From Mytilus californianus (taxonomy: Eukaryota), in assembly GCF_021869535.1 (NCBI RefSeq), contig NW_026262734.1:101370001-101434000 (forward strand): DNA of 64,000 bases. Reading direction: 5' to 3'. Both the position numbers and the translations under genes were made by a program. The notes beneath the pieces were generated by a model. That model was not told the origin of the DNA. It ran no database searches and saw nothing but the letters and a program-made list of their open reading frames with translations. Below, one piece after another: positions 36,001 to 49,320 of this stretch; within the stretch, counting starts at the first letter, position 1, and each line of letters starts with the position of its first letter.

Positions 36001-38932
36001 CCAAAAACTCAACAATCGCATGTAAATGAATACGAATGAAACTGGTTCATGGCCTCTATCTCGACGGCAAACTTATGAAGTCGTGATAACCTGTCAATTA
36101 TCCCCATTAACATTTATTATTCGACAAATTTGGAAAAATTCTTGGACATGCTCATTAAACAACCAAAAATATGGACAAATATCCAAAAGAGAGGCGAAAG
36201 ATACCGACAACGCCATGGCTAAAAAAGAAAAAGACAAACAGACAAACAGACAAATAGACAAATAGACAAACAGACAAACACCAGTACACAAAACACAACA
36301 TAGAAAAATAAGACTGAGCAACACGAACCCCACCAAAAACTTGGGGTGATCTCAGGTGCTCCGGAAGGGTAATAAGATCCTGATCCACATTTGGCACCCG
36401 TCGTGTTGCTCATGTTAGTACAAACCCGGGGATAAGTCTAATTGGGTAGGTCAAATTCGGGGAAAAGGGGATGGGATTGTAGTTACGTCAGTTGGAACAT
36501 ATCCGTCGTCATCTGTGAAACAGATATTCAATAACGGTCAAACAATCGTGATGGCGCCCGCTCAATTCATTACTTGGAACTCTTGATTTGATAACTTTCT
36601 AGTGAGCAGCTGCAACCCTCTATCAAGGAAATCATGATAGGAAATACAAGCCCTAGAATATCGTATCAACTAAGATATATACTCCGTATGTAGGCGCTGC
36701 TGGAATGTTGCTACATAGAAATGGAAAGGTCACAATTGGGAAGCTGAAATCATCTCTTTTGTCGTAAAGTTATGTTTTCAACCGACCTTCATCGTCAGTT
36801 TCTAGATGTAACTCAAGATATGAGGCATAAATCGAAAGTTTGGTATGTAACCATTGAGATGCAAATCGAATGTTTAAAATCGACTGCTAAAAATGATATG
36901 CAGCTGTATGATTCATTGCTTTGCTTTAACCTGTATCGATTCAGATCTAGTAAACTTATTGTCAATCTTTTGTTTGCATACGAAGATTTGTTTTATTTCC
37001 ACAGCTGACAAGACCAGAAAGAATTTGAAAAATCGTAAAAGATGCAACTCATGCACTAGGTTCAGAGCCCAGAAGAAACAACAGACGTGTCGGGAAGTTT
37101 TCTGTACAGTACCTAGTACGTAGACTTATTTCATTATTTTGGTATTATTGGAACACTAACTTCATGGTTTGTGGTAGGGGAGAGGCAGGAGTTCGGTTGG
37201 GAACTCAATGGGGAAATATACGCATACATGGTACGAATCTGATCTAGCTGGAATTAAAAAAAAATATTTTGAAAGGTTTTTTTTTCACGATTATAACTCC
37301 TGAAAATCAAATGAGATATGAAAACAGACACGTATTTTTTAATAAATTAGATTATATATAATCCTAAGAAAATGCTAACTTATTGTTTAAGTGATTGTAG
37401 TTTTAGATTGATTGATAGGTTGTTTTCTCAACTTCTGTCAATTTTAGAAACCATAATAATTGAAGCTTCCGTGTATTTCAGACGGTTTTATATCTTACCC
37501 GTCTTAATATTTTAAATCCATGCTTGAATACATGAAAAAATACTTGAATTAAAAAAGAATGTTATAAATAAAAAGCGTTGTAAAAGTGCAAAGATATTTT
37601 TTACACATTGTGACTTGGATGGAGAGTTGTCTCATTGGCACTCATACCACATCTTCTTATTTCTAAAGATATTTTATCATCTCTTTCCCTAATCAATAGA
37701 TATCCTAAACAACTCGAAGGTTAAGTAGTAAGAATATCTAAAGGGCTTCCGGTCGATTTCCTTTTGTAAAAGGGGTATCCATTTGAACTAAAGTTTTCAA
37801 GGAAAAAGGGGGTATCCATTTGAACTTAAGTTTTCAAGGAAAAAGGGGGTATCCATTTGAACTAAAGTTTTCAAGAAAAAAGGGGTATCCATATGAACTA
37901 AAGTTTCCAAGAGAAAAGGGGAAATACAAATTTCTAAGCGTCACAGAAAAGCAATTAGTCTAACACTTTTCCTCTGACACGTTTTAGTTTGAATAATAAT
38001 CACTTACAGAAATTGCTACATCTATTGCTATTTATTGAAGCAGAAGGTAGCATTTTATTTCGCCTCTACAAATTTTTGCACTAGTTTAAAGACGTACTTG
38101 CAATTTGTATTTCACTAGAAATACATTTTTGTTTCACAAAATTATATATTCGTTTTATATAAATCAATTCAGCTTCATTTTTTTGCTTTGAAATACTTCA
38201 CATTTCTTTCCCTGCCTTTACAGGCATAAAAGGCGCAATACCCCTCAGACGAGTTCAGCGCACTCCACGTGCGAGATGTAAGTGAGTTTGAAAAAATCAT
38301 ACTGTTTTATTCATATTTATTGAATTAAATTTGCATTTGCTATACAAAATTTGATGCGGTATGTATACCTTTTTTCTGTTTTTTTTTTATTTATTTATTT
38401 ATCTTATTGCCGGGGGGGGGGGGGGGCATTCTTAGGAAATCCTTGAACTTGTTTATGGAACAAACCAATGGAATTTTACCTAGTAGTATCTAATGATTCT
38501 TGGTTTTATGATTATAATATTTGTCACGTGCTGTTGGTATTCAGAAGGATTTTTGAAAAGCACATTGCAGGTTTTTCATTGCAAAATTACTTTTAGGCAT
38601 TTAATAAGCGAAGTGAGAACAAAATCCAGCAGTTGCATTGCTGGACCTTTTTTCTGAATGATCATGTTTCCATGATATAAAGTGTATATTAAAAGTGTTC
38701 ATACATCGTATAACACACTAGCACATAATGGCATAACAAAGCAAAGGAATCTGATATGGAACATTCTTAAATAAAAATCATAAGAGCAGTATTTTTTCAT
38801 TCTGTTTCAGCTTCTCTTGATCCAAACACCTTTACCAGAATAGCAACTGCTTTAACAGTGGACATGTTGTGTCAATATTGTAGGATTAGAAGAAATCGTA
38901 ATTGTCTTCGAAAGTTTGGTTGTCAAGGCTAA
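33086..38932 (+). CDS. Gene B: paralog of gene A, secreted cationic cysteine-rich protein, 136 aa, join(33086..33173,35149..35238,37005..37115,38811..38932)
   Basis: All introns are GT..AG and phase 1, and the 411-nt join is open. Protein: MQQFVVICLLVMLPIFIA-QGRRPKNGAKQDTRADIRKCRDCRRFFKGDNFQLCLKLFCSTDKTRKNLKNRKRCNSCTRFRAQKKQQTCREVFCTVPTSLDPNTFTRIATALTVDMLCQYCRIRRNRNCLRKFGCQG*. All 12 mature Cys align with gene A. Upstream, intronic and 3' UTR segments are also visibly homologous. Confidence 0.88.
36185..36775 (-). mobile_element. 5'-truncated Penelope-like retroelement (RT C-terminal remnant plus tail)
   Basis: The minus strand reads LYDKRDDFSFPIVTFPFLCSNIPAAPTYGVYI...GRHHD..DRY.ISVSQMTTDMF. 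Short tail fragments of the same family occur at 35680-35740, 35848-36010, 34440-34630, 20840-21000 and 26290-26400. Confidence 0.75.
37771..37920 (+). repeat. ~37-bp tandem repeat (GGGGTATCCATTTGAACTAAAGTTTTCAAG), 4 copies; 3 copies at 43690-43800
   Basis: GGTATCC occurs at 37774, 37811, 37848 and 37884. Confidence 0.85.
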
Positions 38933-41059
38933 AGAGAAGATTGTGCGAATTATCGTCTACAAGACATGCAAGCTTCATGATCTGTGAATATTTTGTTTAT
39001 ATTCCATTAATTGTTCATTAAATATATCAAACATTATAAGTTTGCATCATTTTAAGCAATTCAACTGTTTGTATTGCCGGATTAGACATTTTTTTCTTCT
39101 TTACTTTATAATTACACCTTCGATTTGATATGTTATTTTATTGACATGCTATTTACAAATGTAGCATGATACTGGTTATGTTCTTCTCATATATTTTATG
39201 GTGGTATGATACAAAACCCCTAACGGGAGGGATTGTACTTGATTTTCATATGCTGAAGACATAATCTTTTAATCAGTTTAATAGAGGTCTGGAGCTTGCA
39301 TGTCGGTAACTGCTAGTATTCCTTTGTTAATTTATGTATCATTGTCATTTTGCTTAGTTTCTTTTGTTACCTATTCTGACATCGGACTCGGATTTCTTTT
39401 AAACTGAGTTTTACTGTGCGTATCGCTGTGTGTTTGTTTATTCTACATTGGCTAGAGGTATAGGGGGAGGCCGGTTGAGATCTCACAAAACATGTTTAAC
39501 CCCGCCGCATTTTTACGCCTGTCCCAAGTCATGAGCCTCTGGCCTTTTAGTTTGTTAGTCTTGTATGTTTTTTTGATTTTAGTCCATTTATATGTTTTGG
39601 AGTTTAGTGTGGCGTCCATTTTCATTGAACTAGTACACATTTTTGTTTAGAGGCCAGCTGAAGCCCGCCTCCGGGTGCGGGATTTTCTCGCTGTGTTGAA
39701 GATCCATTGGTGGCCTTCGGCTGTTTTCTGCTCTTTGGTCGGGTTGTTGTCTCTTTGACACATTCCCCATTTCCATTCTCAATTTTATTTAGAAATACAA
39801 GACTTTTTAGAAGCTGCACTTGGTGTTCTCCTACTCTTACAGTCAATTCTATTACGATTTTAATTACAGTGTAGTGAATATCAATATTAAAAGCACTGGC
39901 TACGATAACGTTGAAAAACGTAACAATAACAAAAAGCTGTTGTTACGTTGAACACTTTTAATTGTCGAATGTTAGGATGGATTAGGCACTTGCGAACGCA
40001 ACAGAATTTGTGCCTATGGGTACGTTGTGTTATTGTTACGTTAACGTTAATGCATTTCAATGTTTGCTGGGAATACTAATATATTATGTCACATATACAC
40101 AATTTCATAACAAAAACGAGGTAAAAGAGTTCGAAATGTTCAATCATGCACAAATATTGTATTTATTAAAAAAGATATCTGGACAAAAAACGCGAGAACT
40201 TGAAGTCTGTGTCACTTTAAACTACAATGCTATCACATGAATTCAATTCATTTAAAACGTGTACTGTAAATTCAGAAATTATTGCGAGGTTTTTATTAAT
40301 GCGAATAATGCGATTGAGTGAGTATCGCAATAATAAGAACTCGCATTCTGATATCTGATATAAATAACTGTATGCAGATTTTCATGCAATCGCAATAATT
40401 AATCTCGCATTTTTGTCCTTTCCACAAAAATCGCAATAATAAATGCACGCAATAATTTCTGAATTTACAGTATTGATATTATGACCCATTGATATTTATA
40501 CTCCATCTGATTTTGAAACTAAATTACATCCACCATGGATTCAAACATAAATAAATTGCTTCGCCGAGCGCAGCTGGATACGACCGCAGAGGTCCAACCC
40601 TGAACAGTTGGGGCAAAAATGGACACAATATTCTCACTTGATACAGGTCTGAATTTGGATTGTAATTAAATATTTGACACATAATAGGTTTCCGACACAG
40701 AATAACTGTAGTCAAAGAACTTGAATTGGTTATGTGATTTGAATATATATTCATTTGTTTGCTCTTGTGCAATACACTATGCTGTTGCGAATTGACGAAT
40801 TAGCAAAAAAAAAAGAAGATATTTAAAGAAATTTTCTTTTTAATTTCTGAAAACTTGAGAACAAATTGTCCCCACCCCCCCAATTTTTTTTAACCTCCCC
40901 CCCCCCCCCTTTTTTAAAAAAAATTCTTTCCCTCAAGATATGGTCATAATCGCAATTCAAATTTCCTATGGAGTTTGCAACCAAATTTAAAAGCAGTGTA
41001 AGAGGGGTAATTCAAAATGTTGTGTTTGAATTACTTCCCTTACACTGCTTTTAAATTAT

Positions 41060-41482
41060 GTTTTGTACTTAAGTAATTGTCCATTAACCAGGACACCCTT
41101 GTTTTTCCCCCTTTTTTGCCCCTAATTCCTAAACGGTTTGAGTCATAACCCCCCAAAGCCAATTTTTACCATCCCTTTGTGGTATGGAAACTTGTGGTAT
41201 AATTTCAGAGAGATCAATACACCATTCCACAAGTTATGTCTGGAAACTAGAAAAATGCTTATTTGGGCCCCTTTTGGCCCCTAATTCCTAAACTGTTGGG
41301 ACCATAACCTTCAAAATCAATCCCAACCTTTCTTTTGTGGTCATAAACCTTGTGTTTAAATTTCATAGATTTCTATCTACTTATACTAAAGTTATTGTGC
41401 GAAAACCAAATGTCTTCGGACGACGCGGACGTCTACGTGATACCAATATACGACCGCAAAATTTTTTGCGGTCGTATAAAAA
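41060..41482 (+). mobile_element. Helentron-associated (HINE-like) element with 3' stem-loop; shorter copy ending at ~46940
   Basis: Ends in the perfect hairpin TATACGACCGCAAAA-TT-TTTTGCGGTCGTATA followed by AAAA, preceded by a GGACG-type microsatellite. Confidence 0.5.
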
Positions 41483-42084
41483 GTTCACAATAGTTTTGTT
41501 TTAACTTTGCTTTTAATGCACCAATTTTTCGCGAACTTCGTTTATATTACTGTATAAGATTTGAATCTTGATATGTTTTTAGTTTTGATTCAAATGCATC
41601 CAAAGTTTGAAAATTTTCATCAATTCGCCTCTCTTTTTCTAATATATTGTGGTATACGAGTTGAATGGGGGGAGGGGGGGGGTGAATAAAATTAATGTTA
41701 AGTATTTTTAAAAAAACTCTCCAAGGCTTGTCATTGGAATATTCAAGAAGAGGGGCGAAAGATACCAAAGGGACATTCAAACTCATAAGTCGAAAATAAA
41801 CTGACAACGCCATGGCTAAAAAAGAAAAAGACAAACAAACAGACAAACAATAGTACACAAAACACAACATAGAAAACTAAAGACTGAGCAACACGAACCC
41901 CACCAAAAACTCAACAATCGCATGTAACTGAATACAAATGAAACTGGTTCATGGTCTCTATCTAGACGGCAAACTTATGAAGTCGTGATAAGCTGTCAAT
42001 TATCCCCATTAACATTTATTATTCGACAAATTTGGAAAAATTGTTGGACATGCTCATTAAACAACCAAAAATATGGACAAATAT

Positions 42085-42695
42085 CCAAAAGAGAGGCGAA
42101 AGATACCGACAACGCCATGGCTAAAAAAGAAAAAGACAAACAGACAAACAGACAAACAGACAAATAGACAAATAGACAAACAGACAAACAGACAAACACC
42201 AGTACACAAAACACAACATAGAAAAATAAAGACTGAGCAACACGAACCCCACCAAAAACTTGGGGTGATCTCAGGTGCTCCGGAAGGGTAATAAGATCCT
42301 GCTCCACATGTGGCACCCGTCGTGTTGCTCATGTTAGTACAAACCCGGGGATAAGTCTAATTGGGTAGGTCAAATTCGGGGAAAAGGGGATGGGATTGTA
42401 ATTACGTCTGTTGGAACATATCCGTCGTCATCTGTGAAACAGATATTCAATAACGGTCAACCAATCGTGATGGCGCCCGCTAAATTTACTACTTGGAACT
42501 CTTGATTTAATAACTTTCTAGTGAGCAGCTGCAACCCTCTATCAAGGAAATCATGATAGGAAATACAAGCCCTGGAATATCGTATCATCTAAGATATATA
42601 TTCCGTATGTAGGCGCTGCTGGAATGTTGCTACATAGAAATGGAAAGGTCACAATTGGGAAGCTGAAATCATCTCTTTTGTCGTAAAGTTATGTT
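42085..42695 (-). mobile_element. Duplicate of the Penelope-like remnant in tandem copy 2
   Basis: Near-identical to 36185-36775, with a longer (AGACAAAY)n tract. Confidence 0.75.
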
Positions 42696-42925
42696 TTCAA
42701 TCGACTCTCATCGTCAGTTTCTAGATGTAACTTAAGATATGAGTCATAAATCGAAAGTTTGGTATGTGATCATTGAGATGCAAATCGAATGTTTAAAATC
42801 GACTGATAAAAATGATATGCAGCTGTATGATTCATTGCTTTGCTTTAACCTGTATCGATTCAGATCTAGTAAACTTATTGTCAATGTTTTGTTTGCATAC
42901 GAAGATTTTTTTTTTATTTCCACAG

Positions 42926-43036
42926 CTGACAAGACCAGAAAGAATTTGAAAAATCGTAAAAGATGCAACTCATGCACTAGGTTCAGGGCCCAGAAGAAAC
43001 AACAGACGTGTCGGGAAGTTTTCTGTACAGTACCTA
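42926..43036 (+). CDS. Duplicate of gene B exon 3 (module 2) in the second tandem copy
   Basis: Identical to 37005-37115 except one synonymous change (AGA>AGG, Arg). Acceptor cacag and donor gtacgt are intact. Confidence 0.7.
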
Positions 43037-44676
43037 GTACGTAGACTTATTTCATTATTTTGGTATTATTGGAACACTAACTTCATGGTTTGTGGTCGGG
43101 GAGAGACAGGAGTTCGATTGGGAACTCAATGGGGAAATATACGCATACATGGTACGAATCTGATCTAGCTGGAATTAAAAAAAAATATTTTGAAAGTTTT
43201 TTTTTCACGATTATAACTCCTGAAAATCAAATGAGATATGAAAACAGACGCATATTTTTTAATAAATTAGATTATATATAATCCTAAGAAAATGCAAACT
43301 TATTGTTAAGTGGTTGTAGTTTTAGATTGATTGATAGGTTGTTTTCTCAACTTCTGTCAATTTTAGAAACCATAATAATTGAAGCTTCCGTGTATTTCAG
43401 ACGGTTTTATATCTTACCCGTCTTAATATTTTAAATCCATGCTTGAATACATGAAAAAATACTTGAATTAAAAAAGAATGTTATAAATAAAAAGCGTTGT
43501 AAAAGTGCAAAGATATTTTTTACACATTGTGACTTGGATGGAGATTTGTCTCATTGGCACTCATACCACATCTTCTTATTTCTAAAGATATTTTATCATC
43601 TCTTTCCCTAATCAATAGATATCCTAAACAACTCGAAGGTTAAGTAGTAAGAATATCTAAAGGGATTCCGGTCGATTTCCTTTTGTAAAAGGGGTATCCA
43701 TTTGAACTAAAGTTTTCAAGAAAAAAGGGATATCCATTTGAACTAAAGTTTCCAAGAAAAAAGGGGTATCCATTTGAACTAAAGTTTCCAAGAGAAAAGG
43801 GGAAATACAAATTTCTAAGCGTCACCGAAAAGCAATTAGTCTAACACTTTTCCTCTGACACGTTTTAGTTTGAATAATATACACTTACAGAAATTGCTAC
43901 ATCTATTGCTATTTATTGAAGCAGAATGTAGCATTTTATTTCGCCTCTACAAATTTTCGCAGTAGTTTAAAGACGTACTTGCAGTTTGTATTTCAATAGA
44001 AATACATTTTTGTTTCACAAAATTATATATTCTTTTTATATAAATCAATTCAGCTTCATTTTTTGCTTTGAAATACTTCACATTTCTTTCCCTGCCTTTA
44101 CAGGCATAAAAGGCGTAATACCCCTCAGACGAGTTCAGCGCACTCCACGTGCGAGATGTAAGTGAGTTTGAAAAAATCATACTGTTTTATTCATATTTAT
44201 TGAATTAAATTTGCATTTGCTATACAAAATTTGATGCGGTATGTATACCTTTTTTCTGTTTTTTTTTATTTATTTATTTATCTTATTGCCGGGGGGGGGG
44301 GGGGGGGCATTCTTAGGAAATCCTTGAACTTGTTTATGGAACAAACCAATGGAATTTTACCTTGTAGTATCTAATGATGATTATAATATTTGTCACGTGC
44401 TGTTGGTATTCAGAAGGATTTTTGAAAAGCACATTGCAGGTTTTTCATTGCAAAATTACTTTTAGGCATTTAATAAGCGAAGTGAGAACAAAATCCAGCA
44501 GTTGCATTGCTGGACCTTTTTTCTGAATGATCATGTTTCCATGATATAAAGTGTATATTAAAAGTGTTCATACATCGTATAACACACTAGCACATAATGG
44601 CATAACAAAGCAAAGGAATCTGATATGGAACATTCTTAAATAAAAATCATAAGAGCAGTATTTTTCATTTTTTCAG

Positions 44677-44798
44677 CTTCTCTTGATCCGAACACCTTTA
44701 CCAGAATAGCAACTGCTTTAACAGTGGACATGTTGTGTCAATATTGTAGGATTAGAAGAAATCGTAATTGTCTTCGAAAGTTTGGTTGTCAAGGCTAA
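44677..44798 (+). CDS. Duplicate of gene B exon 4 (module 3, terminal) in the second tandem copy
   Basis: Identical to 38811-38932 except one synonymous change (CCA>CCG, Pro). Acceptor tttcag and stop TAA are intact. Confidence 0.7.
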
Positions 44799-47700
44799 AG
44801 AGAAGATTGTGCGTATTATCGTCTACAAGACACGCAAGCTTCATGATCTGTGAATATTTTGTTTATATTCCATTAATTGTTCATTAAATATATCAAACAT
44901 TATAAGTTTTTAGCATTTTAAGCAATTCAACTGTTTGCATTGCCGGATCAGACATTTTTTTCTAGCAACAACATTGTTTTCTTTTGTTTTACATTCAAAT
45001 TCTTTAATTTATAATTACTACTTCGATTTGATATGTTATTGACATGCTATTTAGCATGATACGGGTTATGTTCTTCTCATATATTTTATGATGGTATGAT
45101 ACTAAACCTCTAACGGGAGGGATTGTGCTTGATTTTCATATGCTGAAGACATAATCTTTCAATCAGTTTAATAGAGGTCTGGAGCTTGCATGTCATTAAC
45201 TGCTAGTATTCCTTTGTTAATTTATGTATTATTGTCATTTTGCTTAGTTTCTTTTGTTACCTATTCTGACATCGGACTCGGACTTCTTTTAAACTGAGTT
45301 TTACTGTGCGTATTGCTGTGTGTTTGTTTATTCTACATTGGCTAGAGGTATAGGGGGAGGGCTGAGATCTCACAAAAACATGTTAACCCCGCCGCATTTT
45401 TACGCCTGTCCCAAGTCATGAGCCTCTGGCCTTTTAGTTTGTTAGTCTTGTATGTTTTTTGATTTTAGTCCATTTATATGTTTTGGAGTTTAGTGTGACG
45501 TCCATTTTCGTTGAACTAGTACACATTTTTGTTCAGGGGCCAGCTGAAGCCCGCCTCCGGGTGCGGGATTTTCTCGCTGTGTTGAAGATCCATTGGTGGC
45601 CTTCGGCTGTTTTCTGCTCTTTGGTCGGGTTGTTGTCTCTTTGACACATTCCCCATTTCCATTCTCAATTTTATTTAGAAATACAAGACTTTTTAGAAGC
45701 TGCACCTGGTGTTCTCCTACTCTTACAGTCAATTCTATTACGATTTTAATTACAGTGTAGTGAATATCAATATTAAAAGCTCTGGCTACGATAACGTTGA
45801 AAACGTAACAATAACAAAAAGCTGTTGTTACGTTGAACACTTTTAATTGTCGAATGTTAGGATGGATTAGGCACTTGCGAACGCAACAGAATTTGTGCCT
45901 ATGGGTACGTTGTGTTATTGTTACGTTAACGTTAATGCATTTCAATGTTTGCTGGGAATACTAATATATTATGTCACATATACACAATTTCATAACAAAA
46001 ACGAGGTAAGAGAGTTCGAAATGTTCAATCATGCACACATATTGTATTTATAAAAAAAGATATCTGGAGAAAAAACGCGGGAACTTGAAGTACAATGCTA
46101 TCACATGAATTCAATTCAATTAAAACTTGTATTGATATTATGACCCATTGATATTTATATAGGAAGAAACCTACCTTTGGTTTGGACGTACTCCATCTGA
46201 TTTTGAAACTAAATTAAATCCACCATGGATTCAAACATAAATAAATTGCTTCGCCGAGCGCAGCTGGATACGACCGAAGAGGTCCAACCATGAAACTAAC
46301 AGTTGGGGCAAAAATGGACGCAATATTCTCACTTGATACAGGTCTGAATTTGGATTGTAATTAAATATTTGACACATAATAGGTTTCTGACACAGAATAA
46401 CTGTAGTCAAAGAATTTGAATTGGTTATGTGATTGAATTTATATTCATTTTTTTGCTTTTGTGCAATACACTATGCTGTTGCGAATTGACCCCCCTCCCC
46501 CCCAAAAAAAAAATAATTTACATACCCCACCCCCCTTTCTTTCCTTTTTTGCAAAAAAAAAAGATATTTGAAGAAATTTTCTTTTTAATTTCTGAAATCT
46601 TGAGAACAAATTGTCCCCACCCCCAATCTCAATTCAAATTTCCAACATGTGGTATAAGTTCAGAGAGATCCATACACCATTCCACAAGTTATTGTCTGGA
46701 AACTAGAAAAATGCTTATTTGGGCCCCTTTTTGGCCCCTAATTCCTAAGCTGTTGGGACCATAACCTTCAAAATCAATCCCAACCTTCCTTTTGTGGTCA
46801 TAAACCTTGTGTTTAAATTTCATAGATTTCTATTTACTTATACTAAAGTTATTGTGCGAAAACCAAATGTCTTCGGACGACGCGGACGTCTACGTGATAC
46901 CAATATACGACCGCAAAATTTTTTGCGGTCGTATAAAAAGTTCACAATAGTTTTGTTTAAACTTTCCTTTAATGCACCAATTTTTCGCGAACTTCGTTTA
47001 TATTACTGTATAAGATTTGAATCTTGATATGTTTTTAGTTTTGATTCAAATGCATCCAAAGTTTGAAAATTTTCATTGAATGACAATTTGGTAATGGGAA
47101 TAACTTCGTCCATTGTTCAAAGTATAAATGACAGTAATAAGGATAATTGTTTTGTTAAATACATGTGAACAATTTTCTAAACTAAACTGTCAGTAATATC
47201 GGACAGTCCCATATGATAAAAATATGTCTCTGGTTATATGTACATATTGTCAACGAATTTATGGAGCATCCAAAGTTGTAAACAACTACCGCTCAATGTC
47301 CAGTCTTCGACAATGATCAAAGGTATAGTAAGGCATCGACTATTCATCTGTTGTGGGGCATGTGTTTTTCCGTCAAACATGTTTTTTCAACTTTTATCTA
47401 AAACAAACTACCTTAAACCAAAGCTTTTAACCTTTTACATTTCCTTGTTCAGTGGACCATGCAATCTAGGTCAAAACTTCATAATTAACATGTGTTTTAA
47501 GTTTCACGTTGATAAGACTTTAAACTACATGTACCTCAAATCAAAACTTATAAAGGGATTAACAGATGAACAGACAGGAAAATATAATGCCTCATGGCAT
47601 ACAATACAATACAATATGTCATACCTGTCAACCTATGACAATGAAAATGCAGGTGATGACCTGCATAGAAGAATGAAATCTCAGGTCATAATGTGGACGA

Positions 47701-49320
47701 ACTTTTTCGAGTTGAACTTCAGTATTTAGGGGACATTTTTCTTATAATTTATATAGAAGTTTCCAAAACATGTTCACATGGTTAAGTAATTTAAAATTGT
47801 ACATAATTATTATTATTTAATTGCACCTGAAGGCCATTGATAGATTTGTGTTACATTGCCTTAATTCCTGTTCATATTCATTCCATGACATACAATGTGC
47901 CAATTTGTGTTTTCTTTACATACATTTGTGCAGCTTTTAAACAGTAGAACTTATCATAAGTTGATATTAGAGTATAATAAAATAAAGTTAAACAATTAAA
48001 AGAGGTATAGATGAAAAAAGTAATTTTCAAATTTTTTAAGGTAGAACAAAAAGTAAAAGTATTATTCTGATATGTTTGTGCATTCAATTCATTTTAGATT
48101 TAATCTTTTTACAAAAAAAAACATAAGTTTAAGGAGTATATTGTGAATTGACAAAAAAGGGGAAGTAACTCAAATTGTTTTGTAAACAACTTTGAAATAC
48201 ACAAATTACGACCTAAAGCTAAGGTAATTGGTGTTAATTAACAGTGTGTTTGACACCAAAGCTGTCAAGTGAAGCCATGCACTGAAATGGGTCAATTAAG
48301 CTGAGTTTACACAGCAAGTTGAACTTCTTGTCCAGGAAGAATTACGAATTTGCCGGTATTTCATTGAAAGCACTTTATATCTAATCAGTCTGAAGGCTAA
48401 GGAATCTGGGTGAAAACGGGTTATTTTCTGAATTCCCGGGGTAATTTGGTCACCCGGCACGTGTTCCAGGTGACCCCTCAGAATTGTGAAAATCTGGGGT
48501 CACACCCGCAGGATCCGGGTCAGTTGACAGGTATGATATGTGTTTATTCCAATCAAGGTCCCTTAGGGGGCAATGACAAATATACAAGCAAACAAAAATG
48601 CACAAAAACCCTTTTTGAAAATGTTTCAGAAAAATGTATAAATGAATGCATTCTCAAATTCTAGCCATTTTTGTTATTTTGAGAATTCTATGTTGATGCC
48701 AATTCTGAGTCACCTTTTAATCAGGGACAGTCTATACTATAGTATAGAAAATCCCTGTTTTAATTTATCATTTTTTTAGACTTTAGGCCATATAGAATTT
48801 GCCTTTTTGGAATAACCACCTGTATTGTTGAAAACTGTAACTTACGTCTCGGTTATCTTTTGGTTATTTGCGTTGTTTGGTTGTAGTCTAATGGACGCCA
48901 ACCACATACCTTCATTTACAAACACCCTTTCATCGCAAACAAATTATATATTGCGTCAAAAATTCTGGATCCCACCCTCCTAAAAAAGATCTCAATGGGT
49001 CTAATGATTTCAGAAGCATTTTTTTTTAAGTTTACAGAATGAAAAAAACATTTGATATAATTTTGTGCATTGCTCAAAACCCAAATATTTGAAGCCAAGG
49101 AGGGTATGACCAAAAGGGAACCTAAAAAGCCTGAGGGATTCAGACAACATATAGATAACAAATCACAGACAGACAAATGTTGCAAAGTGACAGCAATAGC
49201 TCCCACCTTAATTAAGACAGTTGAGCTAAAAACTCCTTTAACCTATAGATAATTCAAATGGCAGATATTCTTGATCAAATATATAAAGACTAAATATATA
49301 TAGTTATGATTTATTGTAAA

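Larger units (their letters stand above)
35730..47076 (+). repeat. Tandem duplication: copy 1 35730-41620, copy 2 41624-47076
   Basis: Both copies start TTCGCCTCTC..TTTTCTAATATATTGTGG and end CAAAGTTTGAAAATTTTCAT. The junction carries a 3-nt filler, CAA. The copies are collinear throughout, with scattered substitutions and indels. Confidence 0.95.

Noticed and set aside
35990-36420. Several overlapping 64-106-aa ORFs here and at 41985-42332
   Set aside because: They derive from the Penelope-like tail and the (AGACAAAY)n tract (CLFVCLSV repeats), not from genes.
47238-47729. 163-aa ORF
   Set aside because: No motif, patchwork of repeat-like fragments, non-ATG start. Consistent with a chance ORF.
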